In this document: positions 38,431 through 51,400 of the stretch, piece after piece
Layout of the letters: every line of letters starts with the position of its first letter
How positions within the stretch are numbered: position 1 is the first letter of the stretch
Assembly (NCBI GenBank): GCA_000934665.2
Contig: KZ538249.1
Location: 1-64,000 of the forward strand
Source: Catajapyx aquilonaris
Taxonomy: Eukaryota
DNA: 64,000 bases
Direction: 5' to 3'
The notes under the pieces: model-generated
Databases searched by the model: none
What the model was told of the DNA's origin: nothing
Seen by the model: the letters and a program-made list of their open reading frames with translations, nothing else
Made by a program: the position numbers and the translations under genes

Positions 38431-38831
38431 GGTGGTGCCACACTCTGTACTGAACACTAGACCTTCGACCTCACTAGACGGTGCGATGATCAGATGATTA
38501 GTAGAGAGTACAGAGGTCAATTGAAGTCATGAGACATGGCACGTGGTTTGGACAAGGAACGAGCCGACACGTTCCCTCACTTGTTGTGGCACGAACGCAC
38601 CCTCGGTGATATCACACTGGCGGCAAATAAAAGCCAACTGACTGTTGATTTCTCGTTCTACTTACGAGAGCAACCGAGTGCGTATCAACACTAGCGCAGA
38701 TCCATATATTGTTCTTACTGTTACAACACAGCTTTGCCAGAGTTACTACCGTACCTGTAGCCAGTGAGGTTCGTTTCAGAGCCTTGGCAACTTCGTAACT
38801 CGTCCCCCTAGCGTAGCGTTGGAAATAAGTG

Positions 38832-39110
38832 CCCAGGTAGCACAAAAAGTTGGGCCAATATTGGACGAATGTTGGCCCAATATCTTGAATCTTGGGCAAT
38901 ATTGGCCTATCTAGCCACTCTGAAGCCATTATTGGGCCGATATTGGCAGCAGATCTATTCCCATTCAAACTCCTCAAGCAGCACAAAAAGTCGACCCAAC
39001 GTAGGAACCAATGTCGGGCCGATGTCGCGTGAAGGTCGGCAAATATGTCGACGTAGCCAGTCTGCTGTGGCGAATCTTGGCCGAATGTCGGGAGCCGACC
39101 TATCCCCATG
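38832..39110. mobile_element. Two adjacent fragments of a CCCAG-terminated MITE-like repeat
   Basis: cccaggtagcacaaaaagttgggccaatattgg.. and agcagcacaaaaagtcgacccaacgtagg.., with repeated ccaatattgg / ccgatgtcgg submotifs. Confidence 0.4.
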
Positions 39111-39452
39111 CTAACTCCTGCGAAGGCAGATAATAGCGTAGCAGCTTTATAATGCGTGACGTCGCGAGTTGTGTCGTGTGTACAGTACAGGAGTAGCCTA
39201 CTACCAGAAGAGAGACGAGAAAAGGTTGCTTGAGAAGCTGCTGGGCCAATAATAAGAAAAGAAAATTGCGAATGCTGACATGGTTAGCTTTCAATTTTGA
39301 CCTAATTAATTACCATTAAACTACCAGAGGTTGCGTTCCTTCCTCCTAGCAGTAGTGTGCTGATGATAGTCTCGTCCGAGGTAATGTCACTGCAATTTTC
39401 CTTATGAGTAAATTCACTTTCGGCCACATTGTTATGACGTTCGTTTCAATTC

Positions 39453-39543
<91 letters not shown>

Positions 39544-39549
39544 AATAAT
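39453..39549. repeat. (AAT)n microsatellite
   Basis: About 32 taa units with one interruption. Confidence 0.97.
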
Positions 39550-39680
39550 TGTTCAGCAAATTGTGAAATTGCACTCTCCAATTTGAATAAGAAGACAAAG
39601 TAGGAAAGACGTCCCACACCACGAGTTGGAGGCTTGACGCTGGCGGTGTGGCATTTTCGCTAATACTAATACGTATAGTT

Positions 39681-39757
39681 GGAGGCCTTTATGCACAAAG
39701 GAACCAGGTGTCATGTGAATCACATGACACCTGGTTCCTTTGTGCATAAAGGCCTCC
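39681..39757. repeat. Perfect palindrome, 38-bp arms with a 1-nt spacer
   Basis: ggaggcctttatgcacaaaggaaccaggtgtcatgtga-a-tcacatgacacctggttcctttgtgcataaaggcctcc. Confidence 0.95.
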
Positions 39758-40188
39758 GTTGTAATACAGGCCTCTTGACGTCACAATGGCAATAATGATC
39801 AATAGTAAACTAGAGATGATGTCACACCTTGTTATTTGCAGAATGGGTGCCATTGTGATTTATTGTTCGGAATTACGGGTACCATGTCTTTTATGAATGC
39901 AATGTACCCAAAAAGTAGAGGGTCAAATTTTTGCCGCACTGCTAGTTACTGCTAACTAGCTATAGCAGTAGGCCTATACAGGCTGTACCATTGCCAACAC
40001 GGGTGCTGTTAATATTATGGTAAGTCCTACATCAATTTATTGCTCCTGTAACAGATATTATCAGGTACATGTTCCATATGTTCCACTACACATATCATTG
40101 ACATATAAAATGTGGTAAGCTCAAATGAGTACCATTTAAGTAATAAAAAGCAGGGAAGCATTTGTTGATATACAGTAACAGCAAGGAA

Positions 40189-40286
40189 TCTGACATTTCA
40201 AGAACATGTTAAAACATCCAAGTTCCCCCAGGGCTTAATAACCCTTTATGGGGAACTCATCATACTCATCCACTTGATGTGTCAGA
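40189..40286 (-). promoter_or_regulatory. SECIS element (form 2) in the 3' UTR of SelL copy 2
   Basis: Sense RNA reads AUGA-UGAGUUCCCCAU-AAA-GGGUUAUUAAGCCCU-GGGGGAACUUG-GAUG, with outer helix UCUGACA/UGUCAGA. Confidence 0.9.
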
Positions 40287-40312
40287 TACCAAGCGTTACA
40301 TTAGCACCAACA

Positions 40313-41460
40313 TTACTGGAGGGCTTGCATTATCTCATCAAGATTTGGCCTGTCAGTAGGATTTTGATTCAGGTGACACATGAGGAGTTTTCCCTCAGCA
40401 TCAACAATGATGTCTCCACCCATTTGCAGCATATCATCAGGAACATCATTGTTGGGAACCAGTGGTTTCGCACCTGACGCCAGGATCTCGGTGAATCTTA
40501 CAAGGCCTTCGAATCTTGCGGTCTGAAATCAAAAGGAATGGATTCTTAATTATTGAAAGGAGAGAGCGTGTAGAGTATACGTAATACTATACTAAAGTGG
40601 TCAATTGAACTTTTCCTATCAATACCTACCATATAAACAGATCTCGGTGCTCCGACAGCATTGTAGAGCATCATCGTTGGATCAGCGTACATATCAAACT
40701 CGCACTTCGTATCGGACACCCATTTTAACGCCTCACCTTGATCCGAAAAGGAAACTACTAGCACGGAGCAGCCAGCTTTTTTCAGTTCATCCTGGAATTG
40801 CGCCAAAATTTTAATTTTTTGTGCGAAAAATAATTTTATTTCCGCCATACCTGATGTTGCTGCAGCATGCTCACATGCTTTCGTCACGGCAATCAGCTAA
40901 GCTGACGCAAAAGCACGAAGAGGCAAGTCCTGTCGTTGAGCACTTCCGGCAAAGATTGTACTTCACCAGTGCTTAATTTTGTCAGCTTGATGTCTGCAGG
41001 CAGCTTTCCGCCTTTTCCAACAGGTGCCTTTGGAGCCACATTTCTGACCATGTTCACATCCAACTCTTTCTTCAGAAAATAATCCCAAGCATACTGTGGA
41101 AAGATAGGTAAACTCATGTCCTGTTTTTTAAGTGAAGCCCATACTCACTTGCGCTTCATACAGTTCATCAATTGCATCCTTGACTTCCTTTGATGGATCT
41201 TGCTCAACCGACACACGAACCGCATCGTTCAGAGTGGCCACTCCAAGGCTACAGAAAAAGTCTGCGTTACGACCAAGCCCACTGCAATATATGATTGTGG
41301 CCTACCTCTTAAAAAGTGTGAGATAGAGTTTGACAAAAATGGGCAGAATCTTCCCACCCTCAAAGAACTTCTCTGGGTCACCCTGGCAGTGATCCCTTGT
41401 CTTCACAATCAAATCAAGCTGGGTCTCAGCTGCAGTCCGGAAGGCCTCAGCACCTCCCAT
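40313..41460 (-). CDS. SELENOL: Selenoprotein L copy 2; exons 41460-41306, 41248-41149, 41093-40851, 40791-40630, 40522-40313; 289 aa
   Basis: Reads CLFVLLRQLS-TGA-L-P-TGA-RKHVSMLQQHQ (TGA at 40895-40893 and 40886-40884). Exon lengths equal those of copy 1 (155/100/243/162/210), and there are no other stops or frameshifts. Confidence 0.9.
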
Positions 41461-41709
41461 GATGGTGCCACACTCTCTACTGATGGACACAGCAGGCCGT
41501 GCGACGATCAGGAGACTGGTAGAAAGTAGCCTACATAGAGGTCAATTGAGTGGATCGGAACACCTTTCCAACTGAGAAAACACGATTTTGCTGAAGCAAA
41601 GTTAAAAATCCGCTAAAATCTATTAAATCAAAATTAAAATCCTCTCCACTACTCAGAATTCATATACATTCAAGGCACGATTCAGGTCAGTATTCTAAGG
41701 CCGTGATTC

Positions 41710-41824
41710 AATGTAATAAACAACGAAAACTTTCAATAATGAGGACAGTGGCGACTGTGGCGTAACTAGTCGACTAGTTACGCCACTGTCCTCATTATTG
41801 AAAGTTTTCGTTGTTTATTACATT
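41710..41824. repeat. Near-perfect palindrome centred on actagtcgactagt
   Basis: aatgtaataaacaacgaaaactttcaataatgaggacagtggcg pairs with cgccactgtcctcattattgaaagttttcgttgtttattacatt. The left arm has a short extra duplication. Confidence 0.9.
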
Positions 41825-42482
41825 TATATTATATTTATTTATTTGTTTGTTTGTTTCTCAATGTCTATATTTAGGCGTCTCGCAAATACCACATATACGT
41901 GACTGAATTTAGGCCACATTTCCACCCCGCGCGTGTTTTTTTATTATTTTAAAGGCAATGTGATCAGAAAATGCTAGCTCCTCAACTTAACCACGCACGT
42001 AAAAAAAACATGCCTCCCAATGTTTTCGGGGTCGCTGATTTCGAATTTTAGGTTATTATTTTGAACCAAAACCTACAGAGTGATGTACCGAAAACACTGT
42101 TGAATTTAAGAGCTTGTAGGATAAATTGTTCTTAATTAATTAAGAGGGTTACTAAAAGAATTTATTCCATATAAGCTCTCTGTAGGTCTCATACATACGG
42201 CCACCTATGATCCGCCTGGGTAAGCACACTCCCATCAGCGAGCGCCTCACCCAGCCGGACCTGGAACTACCCGGCGTGGCTGGGCCGTCAGTTCCCTTCC
42301 AAGGCTCCAGCCAGCTGCAGGGAGACTCACTCGTGTGATGGCCGCAGTGATGGTCAGGTGGAAGCAGGTCCTCTTCCGCCACCCGCCGCTCCTCCTCCTC
42401 CTGCCCGTGGCTCGCCCCTGAAGTGTCCCGTGTGTGTGCGTGTGCGTGCCCCCTCCACTGGAACAACCAGCCACACGTCACT

Positions 42483-45400
42483 ATGAACTTGGCCCCCGCT
42501 GCCTATGCCTGCTATGTAGGCGCGTTCTGTGTCCTCCTCACACTGGCACACTCACAGCTGGTCATCAATGTCAAGAACCAGGTGGGTACAAGTTGGGGGG
42601 CCGCCCATGGGCACGCCCCGAGTGGCTCAGAGAACCACCACAGAATATGGTCTTAACCAAGGTCATAAATACAGTAAGGTCCAGTAGAACACCCAAGTGT
42701 GTTGATGTGACAGTGATCTTGTCGTGCAGCATGGTCTGATTGATAATGTACCTGGGGCTTATCTTGTGACGAATGGTGTCGCTGGTGACATCCTGGCCTG
42801 CTGAATTGTTTCACCAAGGTCGCCACTTCAGCAATGGGGATGATATGAAGTTTGTGGGACATGCCGGGGAGTGAAATAATGCTGGCAGAAATTAGCGCAA
42901 CCCTAAGGGGTAATCAATTAGGGAATCCAATTACATTTTTATCGGGAATGCCAGGGAATCCCCACAGGGAATCACAATGAGGAAGGGAATCCTATAACGT
43001 GTACTCCTTGCTGAGTTTTGAGCTCTCGTTGTGTGGCCATAGTTTAATAATTATAATGGTGTATTTTTAAATGTGCGGGTAACTTGTTAATAATAAGAAA
43101 CATCCGATGCATGTTTCGCAGGAATTTAAAAAATTACAGCGATTGCGTATGCTGTAAATTAAGCCATTTTGATGCAAAGCGGGGCAACACTGGAGGGAGA
43201 AATGATATACTCAAATTTTTATATTCATGCAGTGGTGTGTAATGGAGGTACTCTCATTATCCGGTTTTTGTGTTTTGCAGAGCTTCTAGCTAAATGTCAT
43301 GCTCTTAGTGTCTTGTTTTATGCCTCCAAATGCTCCAGGCAATATGATGGATGGAAGGCCTAATGTAATGGGAAAAAAAACTCAATGTTCACATGTTTTT
43401 GAAATGTATGCACCTGCATTTGGAAAGTGCTGTGCCGGTGCATAACCACACAGAACCTATGAACAATGCAGTCCTTTTTCATTCATAATTTGTGAACTCT
43501 GCATTGAATTACAGCAATGCTCCTGTAAAAATATTGGCTGGGAAAAGCAAAGGTTTTCATAAACATGTGGAATTTGGGGGCTATTTTTAAAATTTGTGCT
43601 CATATGATATTAATGAAGTTAATTTAGCATTGTTTTACAGTTACTGAATGCAAATATGTGGTGACTTTATGATGTTGGGCATTATAAATTTATGCTGTGT
43701 ACTCGAATTAAACATACCGGATAGTTCTTGTGCTAGTTCTGGCATTACAGTATTTTACAGCAAGTGAGCATGAATAGTTTAGGAAAGCATGGAAACCTAC
43801 CCATTATGTTCTGTTAGGTCTTGATGAATGATATAATTTCTCTATATTATGATAGAATAGGTTGGTAAGCAAACACTTGTATTCTGCTTCCTGCATTACA
43901 TTTCATTACTTGTGTTGTACAGCAGCAGGAAGTGGTTTTGAAATATCATTTGAAAAGGCAAACTGTTTACAATGCTGAAGCATGTTTGTTTTGTTACACG
44001 GTACCATATTGTTCAGTAATGTAAGAATGAAAACTACACACTCGGCAAGGATGTTGATCCTAGCACTTGAAGATATCTGGCATTCTTGGCACCTGGTAAA
44101 ATCATATGTCTGAATTTAGCACATGAATTTCATTTAAGTTTTTTATTGTGTTGTAAGTGATTATAACAGCAAGTCATGTGACCATGATATTTCTAGATTC
44201 TTCAACAGCTATACTCACTGCACTATGTAAGTAAATAATAAATAAATAAGGTTACTAATGCAGAATTGTGAATTGGAAACTCATGACAAAATCAATACAA
44301 AAAAAAACCACTTGTTTTGACTTCACGTAAATCTAAAATTTTGTGTCAACATTTCGCTTGACTTCTACCTCAGCTTTTTGTCATATAGTGTTAGTGCCCA
44401 GCAATCACACCGCCTGAAACTCGCTGCCACTACGGTTTGTGCCAGCAAGAGCAGCAATGTTTGCCGGTTGCCATTTTATAATAACGAGCCCAATTGTGCA
44501 TATCAGTCATCTCTCTTAGCTGATTGGCCACGCCGCTGCAAAATGCACATGCCGCTGAGGCAGATGCCATGAAAGGACAATAAGGCTTTCGGCGGCTGTC
44601 TTGTTTGGAAATGTCACTCATATGTGTGGTTTTGCTTAGCTCACCATGTGTGCGGTGGTAATGGAAGACTCGATAAATCTCTGCTTGCCCAGAACATATG
44701 AAACAGACAGGGCAGAATATGCATGAGGCTGTGCATAATAATGATATTGACTTTGTGTCACTCCCAGCTAATGACTGTTCTTTGAGAGTGTAGCACTGTA
44801 CGCTACATTTGGTTTGCTGCTGGAGTGTGGGAGGGGTGGTTGGGAGGAAGGGTTACATGATTTATAACATTATCGTGGTGGAATTAGATGTTTTATGGAC
44901 TGGCCGGGAGTGGTATGAACTATGCACTTTTAGGAAGTTATACATATCATGCGCCGGAACCAACTCTTTGAACATCTTCAATATATGCAATGTGAGGTGC
45001 AGGCGATATTTTCGATTAGTAGTCAATTAATCTGCTGGGCCAGTAGAATCTCCCTGCTGAGCAGGCTTATCACATGCATGATGGACTCTGGGTCAATCCA
45101 CACGTGCGGCTAGAGCAAAATGGGTCAGTGTGTGGAAAAAATGTCCAAACAGCATATATGACCAGGTTAGCATAATTTAATTAATATAATAATTTTATCG
45201 TGTACATATTTGATTAGCGATTAAATCAAGTGGATAAAAGGCTGGTGGATTGAGCCATGGTGATTGGTATTATTATGGCACTGAAATTACATATGGTCAT
45301 ATCTATTTGGACTGGCATTGGAAACTGACACTTTGAATTATGTGATATAGGCAAATCAGCATTTCTGTAGGCCAGCTAATTGTAAGTAACTGCTGGATTA

Positions 45401-48400
45401 ATCAAATGTATCATTACGGCTTAAAAGGCTATTTGATAAATGTGCGTTTTGTTTACTAGTGGGGCCTACAGTCCAGAATGGCCGGGGGCAACTGCTGTAA
45501 TTGTATGCAGTTGGACATATCATATTTTATTAGCAAGGGCGTGCATAATGAAATAATACATAGTTGGAATAAATATGCCTATCACTTCGTACTGTACGTA
45601 TATATTTCATTGCATCTGACTTTTGGCTGCCTTTTGCTCTATATATTTTTCATTACGGTTTGTGCAGCTTTTGCTGAGCCTTGTACATGCCAATACTGTA
45701 CCGTATTTTGGGATGTTACGTAATCTCTCAAAGTGCATTACTGCAGAAAGTGACAGCTGAGAAGGCTTTATTGATTGTATGTGTCAGGATTACTGCTTAC
45801 CAGATGGAAAGCCCAGTCACGTAACCTGTCTTGGAAATGCCAGTTGTTGTTTTTTTTTACATAGGGCCAAACAACAGCTGAATATTCAGTTGCAAACTGT
45901 ATACAGGATATATAATTTTTATTATTAAATTTCTATATTGGTATATTTTTGTATATTTTTGTATTCACACTAATTGCCCTTCATTTCTAGTTATTATTCC
46001 AGAAAAGTTAGGACAGATTGTTGTCATTTTTGACCTCCAAGTGGCGGATACATGAACTGAGGTCAACCAATTGGAAGCGAGCGGTTGGAAATAAAGCAGT
46101 GCCGGTTGGAAATACGTCCTAAATTTTTTGTCTGTGTGTGAGGAACTGTTGCTTCTGCCTAATTCTCCATCGAGGCGACCAGGCGCGACAAAAGAGAATC
46201 TGGCGGCATTGTCAGACCTGGGGATAAACAGTGTCTGTGGAAAGGACCACAAAAGCCTCCCTGCAGGGTGGGGAGGATGTTGTTCGCAAGAGGTGTGTAG
46301 AAGGGGGCATAGGGGTGGGTGAGGAGTGGGTTGATCCCGGCTGTTAATTAAGGTGAAAGGAGTGGCAGGGCACAATGAAGTTGGCATAGGCGCCGGCGTC
46401 GAGACTCTTGCAGCCAACTTCTTCCTTGCGGAATGTGGGTTCCGGAGAGAGAGAGAGAGAGTTTCAAGGCAAACTTCACTTGCTCACTTTCGGATGCCAA
46501 TTTCGGGCGTCCTCATGCAAAGTTTGGGACCCAGGACCGGCCAATTGTTTGCTCCGACCTCTGGGCTGCTGTCATTGCCTGAGAGGACATTGGGGACCGG
46601 ACGTGGACTTTGTGCAAGACGTGCTTTGGGGGGAAAGGCAATATCTTTACCAAGCTTTGATGACCAACTTCAATTAATTGCTGGGTAGGAGGAGATGGGT
46701 ATTGGCTTCATTTTTGGAGAACGGGGTTTCAAACATGTGCCAATCAGACTGGGTTTATTTGATGTAATTTGAACTCTGTAATTCGTGTACTGATTCATGT
46801 ACCGACTTGGAGGTGGTATTTTGTGCTCAACAAATACCCTCTACAAGTCAGTACTGTAGATGGTATTTGTTGATCGCATAATACCACCATAATACCAAAT
46901 ATGCAGCACAATACCAAATATGAGGAATTTAGTTCTTAATGTCTTTTATATACATTTAATTTATAAATCCAATTCAGCCCATAGTAAGGTATATTGATGC
47001 TCCCAATATTCATCAAAAAAATAGGTGCCAATCTGACTTTGCTGTTTGTCATCAAAATGTTAATTTTTCTGGCGTGCAATGAATGTCTAATACGTTGGCT
47101 GCTACATTAGCATGAGCTGAGGCTTACGTAATAAGATATTGAATTACCTGTATGTCATAATGGTCCTCGCAGTGCTTACTATTTATTACTACATTAGTGT
47201 AAACTTACATCCGAGTTTTCTCATGCAAATGGGTTGCCCTTTCCTCTAAGGCGTACTCGATGTAATCTATTTGACGACGTAACATGCAGTCCTGTGGAAA
47301 CAGTACAGTGAAACTCCATTTGCGTGTTAGCATAAATTAGGAAATTATTTCTGGTTAAGTTAGCTAACACAATTTAAACAACCGTTCCCGGGGAGTAAGG
47401 CAGAAATGAAAACAGAGTCGGCAGCACGAACCACAGCAAACAGGAAATTTCCGCTAGTTTTATTCCAGTATTAATTTTGGGGCATGAAATATAATTATAT
47501 AAAAAAATTCTCCCGTTCGACTCTGCCAGCTCAACACAGTGTGAGTCACAACTTCCATGTTGTAAAGCAGCCAGCTAGGTTGTTTTCAGTATGGAATTGC
47601 GTCACTATTGTTGTCATTTATGAATTCCAATGTGGCCTCATTTTAAATGTTTAAAAATTTAGCCTATTAGCTACTGGACGGGTAATTTTGACTCCCTCTG
47701 TACAGGGTTGAATTAGCATTGCACTGACATTATAAACCGGAATGAAAAGGGGGGGGGGGGGGGGGNNNNNNGGTGAGGTTGTCGCAGGTTGCCTGGCTGG
47801 GCGTTTGCCCGGGGCCTAAAGCGGATTTAACCTGAGCCCGTATCACAAACCGGGTGTACCGGAAAGTGCCCTAATCCCTCCTTCCTCATATTCCCTGACA
47901 TTCCTCCTCTCTCTAGGTCTCCCCCTAGGTTAAAATGCAAGGGTCGAGTTGCATATCTCTTCATTTTACAGGGCTCTCCCCCTACCAGCATAGAGCAGTA
48001 TGCGACCTAATTAACTTCTCGCCGCCTCAATCTTGTTTGGGATGCTCCACCTGAGAGATGGGCTTAACTGGCGGAGCAGCCACTAGATTGTTTCATTTTC
48101 TTGGCTAACTCGGGGAGCTTCAATTTTACCTGGAATGACCATTCCAGGGGAGGTCATTATTGTTGCTTTATTCGGGTAGGTCAGTGGCTTGGCTGCATGA
48201 GGGGTGAATGTTTCAGGAGGCTAAAAGAAGAGGGGGGATGCTAAATAAACAATGGGGTGTGGTTGGTGCATGTCTCGCAGGAGGTATAACTAGTTGGAAG
48301 GTTTTTTTTTTTTTTTTCAAAAGAGATTGCGAGTACTGGAATGTTCCTGTAGCTATGATAAAATTGAATTAAATGAAGTAAAAAAATCCGATGAACTCAT

Positions 48401-51400
48401 TGACTATCTGTGTTGCAGCTAACTGAATATTAATAATACAGGCTCGATTGGTTCAGAAAAATCTGCTTTAATAGACATGATTCAAAACAAATATCACGGC
48501 ATGTTTGGTGCATAAACGCACATTATCACGTATGGCTACATATTTGGAATATTATCTGGGAATGCTGCAACATTGATATGCCCCCAATAGTCCTCGCTTG
48601 GTTTTATCGCTGAAAGTTATTGTCAACGCCACAAGCTAGTGGATTATGTGGTTAAAGGTCCACCGTTTTATGGGCCAATAAATCCAAGGGTGCAGTCCAA
48701 GAGGGCCAAAACCGTTTTGGGTCATATGTAAGATGTGGTTATTAACTACGGTGCTAAATGAGGTGGAAATGTATGTGTTTATGCGGTTGGTCGAAAGTTG
48801 TTATCCAGTGAAGCAAATGTAGCTTCTGGACTAGAATGACATTGAATTTAAGTTACCATACTGTACAGAACTGCCGTGTAATTTCAGTTCCTGTCTTCTA
48901 CTGTAGCACGTGCTTCTAGCAATGCCAACCTCGCACTCTGAGCTAAAAAGTGGAAAAAAAGGGGCACAATCTGTACTTGGCAGCGTCACGGTTCGTTGAC
49001 TGCCTAATCTGCATGGGGTTCTATAGTGACCCCAACCGGCCTGGTCGCGTCGTACATAATTTCAAGCTGGACAATTTCCAGCCTTTGAATTTTAGACCAC
49101 CCCTGATAAAATATGCAAACGACCCTCGGCCAGCAAGATTTTTTTTTTGCCAGCCTGGATCGAAAATTGTGAGATATGTCAACTATCCTTTTTTTTTTTG
49201 GACCAGATATTTCATATTGGAGCCGACTTCGTACTTATCAACGTTGTCAACCCGTGAACCCCGACCGGCATCACGCGGCGTTAGCTCCGGAACGTCACTC
49301 GTGTGAAGCTGTCTGCCCAATCAGGGAGCAGGTGCGGCTGGCGGTGATTGGCCACGGTCACTGCTGGCGCGATATCGCGGCGCGGATTTGCATGTAAAAC
49401 GCTGCCACGTGCGTCAGCGGGCGAATCATTAGGGCATTACTCTTGAACACCGCCGGTACCGCCCTTTGAAGGAATTATGCGGTCAGGCACACTTTTTCTC
49501 TCTCTTTCTATTCGGTTGGGGCGGTCATTGGCCAATTCCCAAGCACACAGGCGCCTATAATTCCCCAGCCAGTTGTGAGAGCTAAAGAGGACGGTGCCTG
49601 CTGGTCCAAGCATAATGGCTAAAGCAAACGCCAAATGCTGCTTCATCAACGGTAAGGAGTAATTACGTAAGGCAACATTCGATTTATAACACCTGATGTA
49701 TACCAGCGATATATATTTTTTTCCTCCGCCTATTTATTGGTATCGGTGCAGTTACGGTTGGTTTGGCAACAGGCTCATCAGTATGGAAAAGCTGGATAGA
49801 ATTGTTCGTGATGCTGATAGAAGTCTGGGTTTAACAGGCAGCAGTGTTGTCATGCGAAACAATTTGCAGTGGGAGATTTCCCAGCCCAAATAAAAGGGAG
49901 GCTGGCGAGAGAGAATTTTAACCAATTGATGAAATGGCGTGATAGCCCCACTGTAGAACCCCCCCCCCAAAAAAAAAGAAGTTTCCTATTTTCATTGCCC
50001 GATGGGGAGGTGATATTGTTGGGGATGATCAGGTCGATATTCGGCCAGGACTAGTGCGTTGCATGAGGCAAATAGTGAAATTTCTGGGGTCTGCTGACAT
50101 CGTATAGGAAGAACATGGAATGTCAATATATAACCATTTTTTTCATCATATTTACTACTACTTTTCTTCCCTTGTTTTATGCTGGAAGGCTCTTGGAAAG
50201 CTGAGCCCTGAGCCCATCGTAAGTGCTAATCAGTTAAACTTATTATCCTGCAGCAGGCGCCCGTCGGCGAAAGTTTGGCTAAAGGAACAAAGTGATATTC
50301 ATTACTAGCGAGGCAGCAGCCTCTAGAATATCACGTTACTTGCGATTGTCGCGTAACTAATGGGTCTCAATTCAATTAGGAATGAAAGTTTGTGGGGGGT
50401 GGTTGAAATGGCAGTCTTTTTGTTGCATGCAGTGGTGCCAAAATATTAATTTGCACGGTTTCGAGGGTGGCATGAAATCCATAGATCGACGCATGTGGCT
50501 AGTAATCACGTCATAATATTTATAGCGCGCGATATAGTCAATTAAGGGTGTAATAATTACATATGTGCGCAACTGGTCAACATTTTTTTTGGACATTAAT
50601 TTTTTAATGCATTTAATGTTTTCAGTGTATTGTTGGTTCGTAGCCACCAAATTTTGGTTGGTTCGTTCTGGCACCCAACATCTGCAGTTGTCAGCAGCCA
50701 TTTCCAGCGACTCGATACGATCGCTAGAAATACAGCGCCCTTAATTTAAACGACAAATCGAGTTTCAGGTCGTCCCCAGGCATGGAAACCTCAACACCTG
50801 CCCAGCTTCCTTTTGTGTCCGAAAGCAACCCCCGCAGCTGTTATTAACTCCATGAATACAGTTAAGCAGTTTGGACCACATAAAAATGCACCCACGGAAG
50901 ATGTCGTGCTGTGGCCCTCATTCCATCATGAACCTCATCCGACCCACCCCCTGAAAAACCGCTAGGGCTACAAATCTTTTTTCGGTTCCGACCCCCCCAT
51001 TAATTACCGAAAGGGCGCCTCATTTGAACATTAATTGGCCACAAATGACGCCACCATTTCCTACCACCTATTGCGGAGATGGGGGCTAACCCAAAACGCT
51101 CTATTGAAACTTTGGCATGAAATTTTGTGTCAGTTCTCTGATATGCCTGCCTGACTCGCTGACGAGGCCAATATACCTGGGTGGTATAAGTCCTCCCTTT
51201 TTAGCGAGGTGCACACCATCGTTATGTAAGCCTATTGGGATGGTGGGTTGAACATTTTTCGCTAATGACGCTTGTGTCGGGAGGGTTTTTTAGGACAAAA
51301 AGGCGGAGGCATGGTTGATTAACGGGTATTGCGGTGTTGGAAACCAAAGATCGGGCGTATAATGGGGGTGGTATTGAAAGGGTTCTTGGCTTTTACTGGC

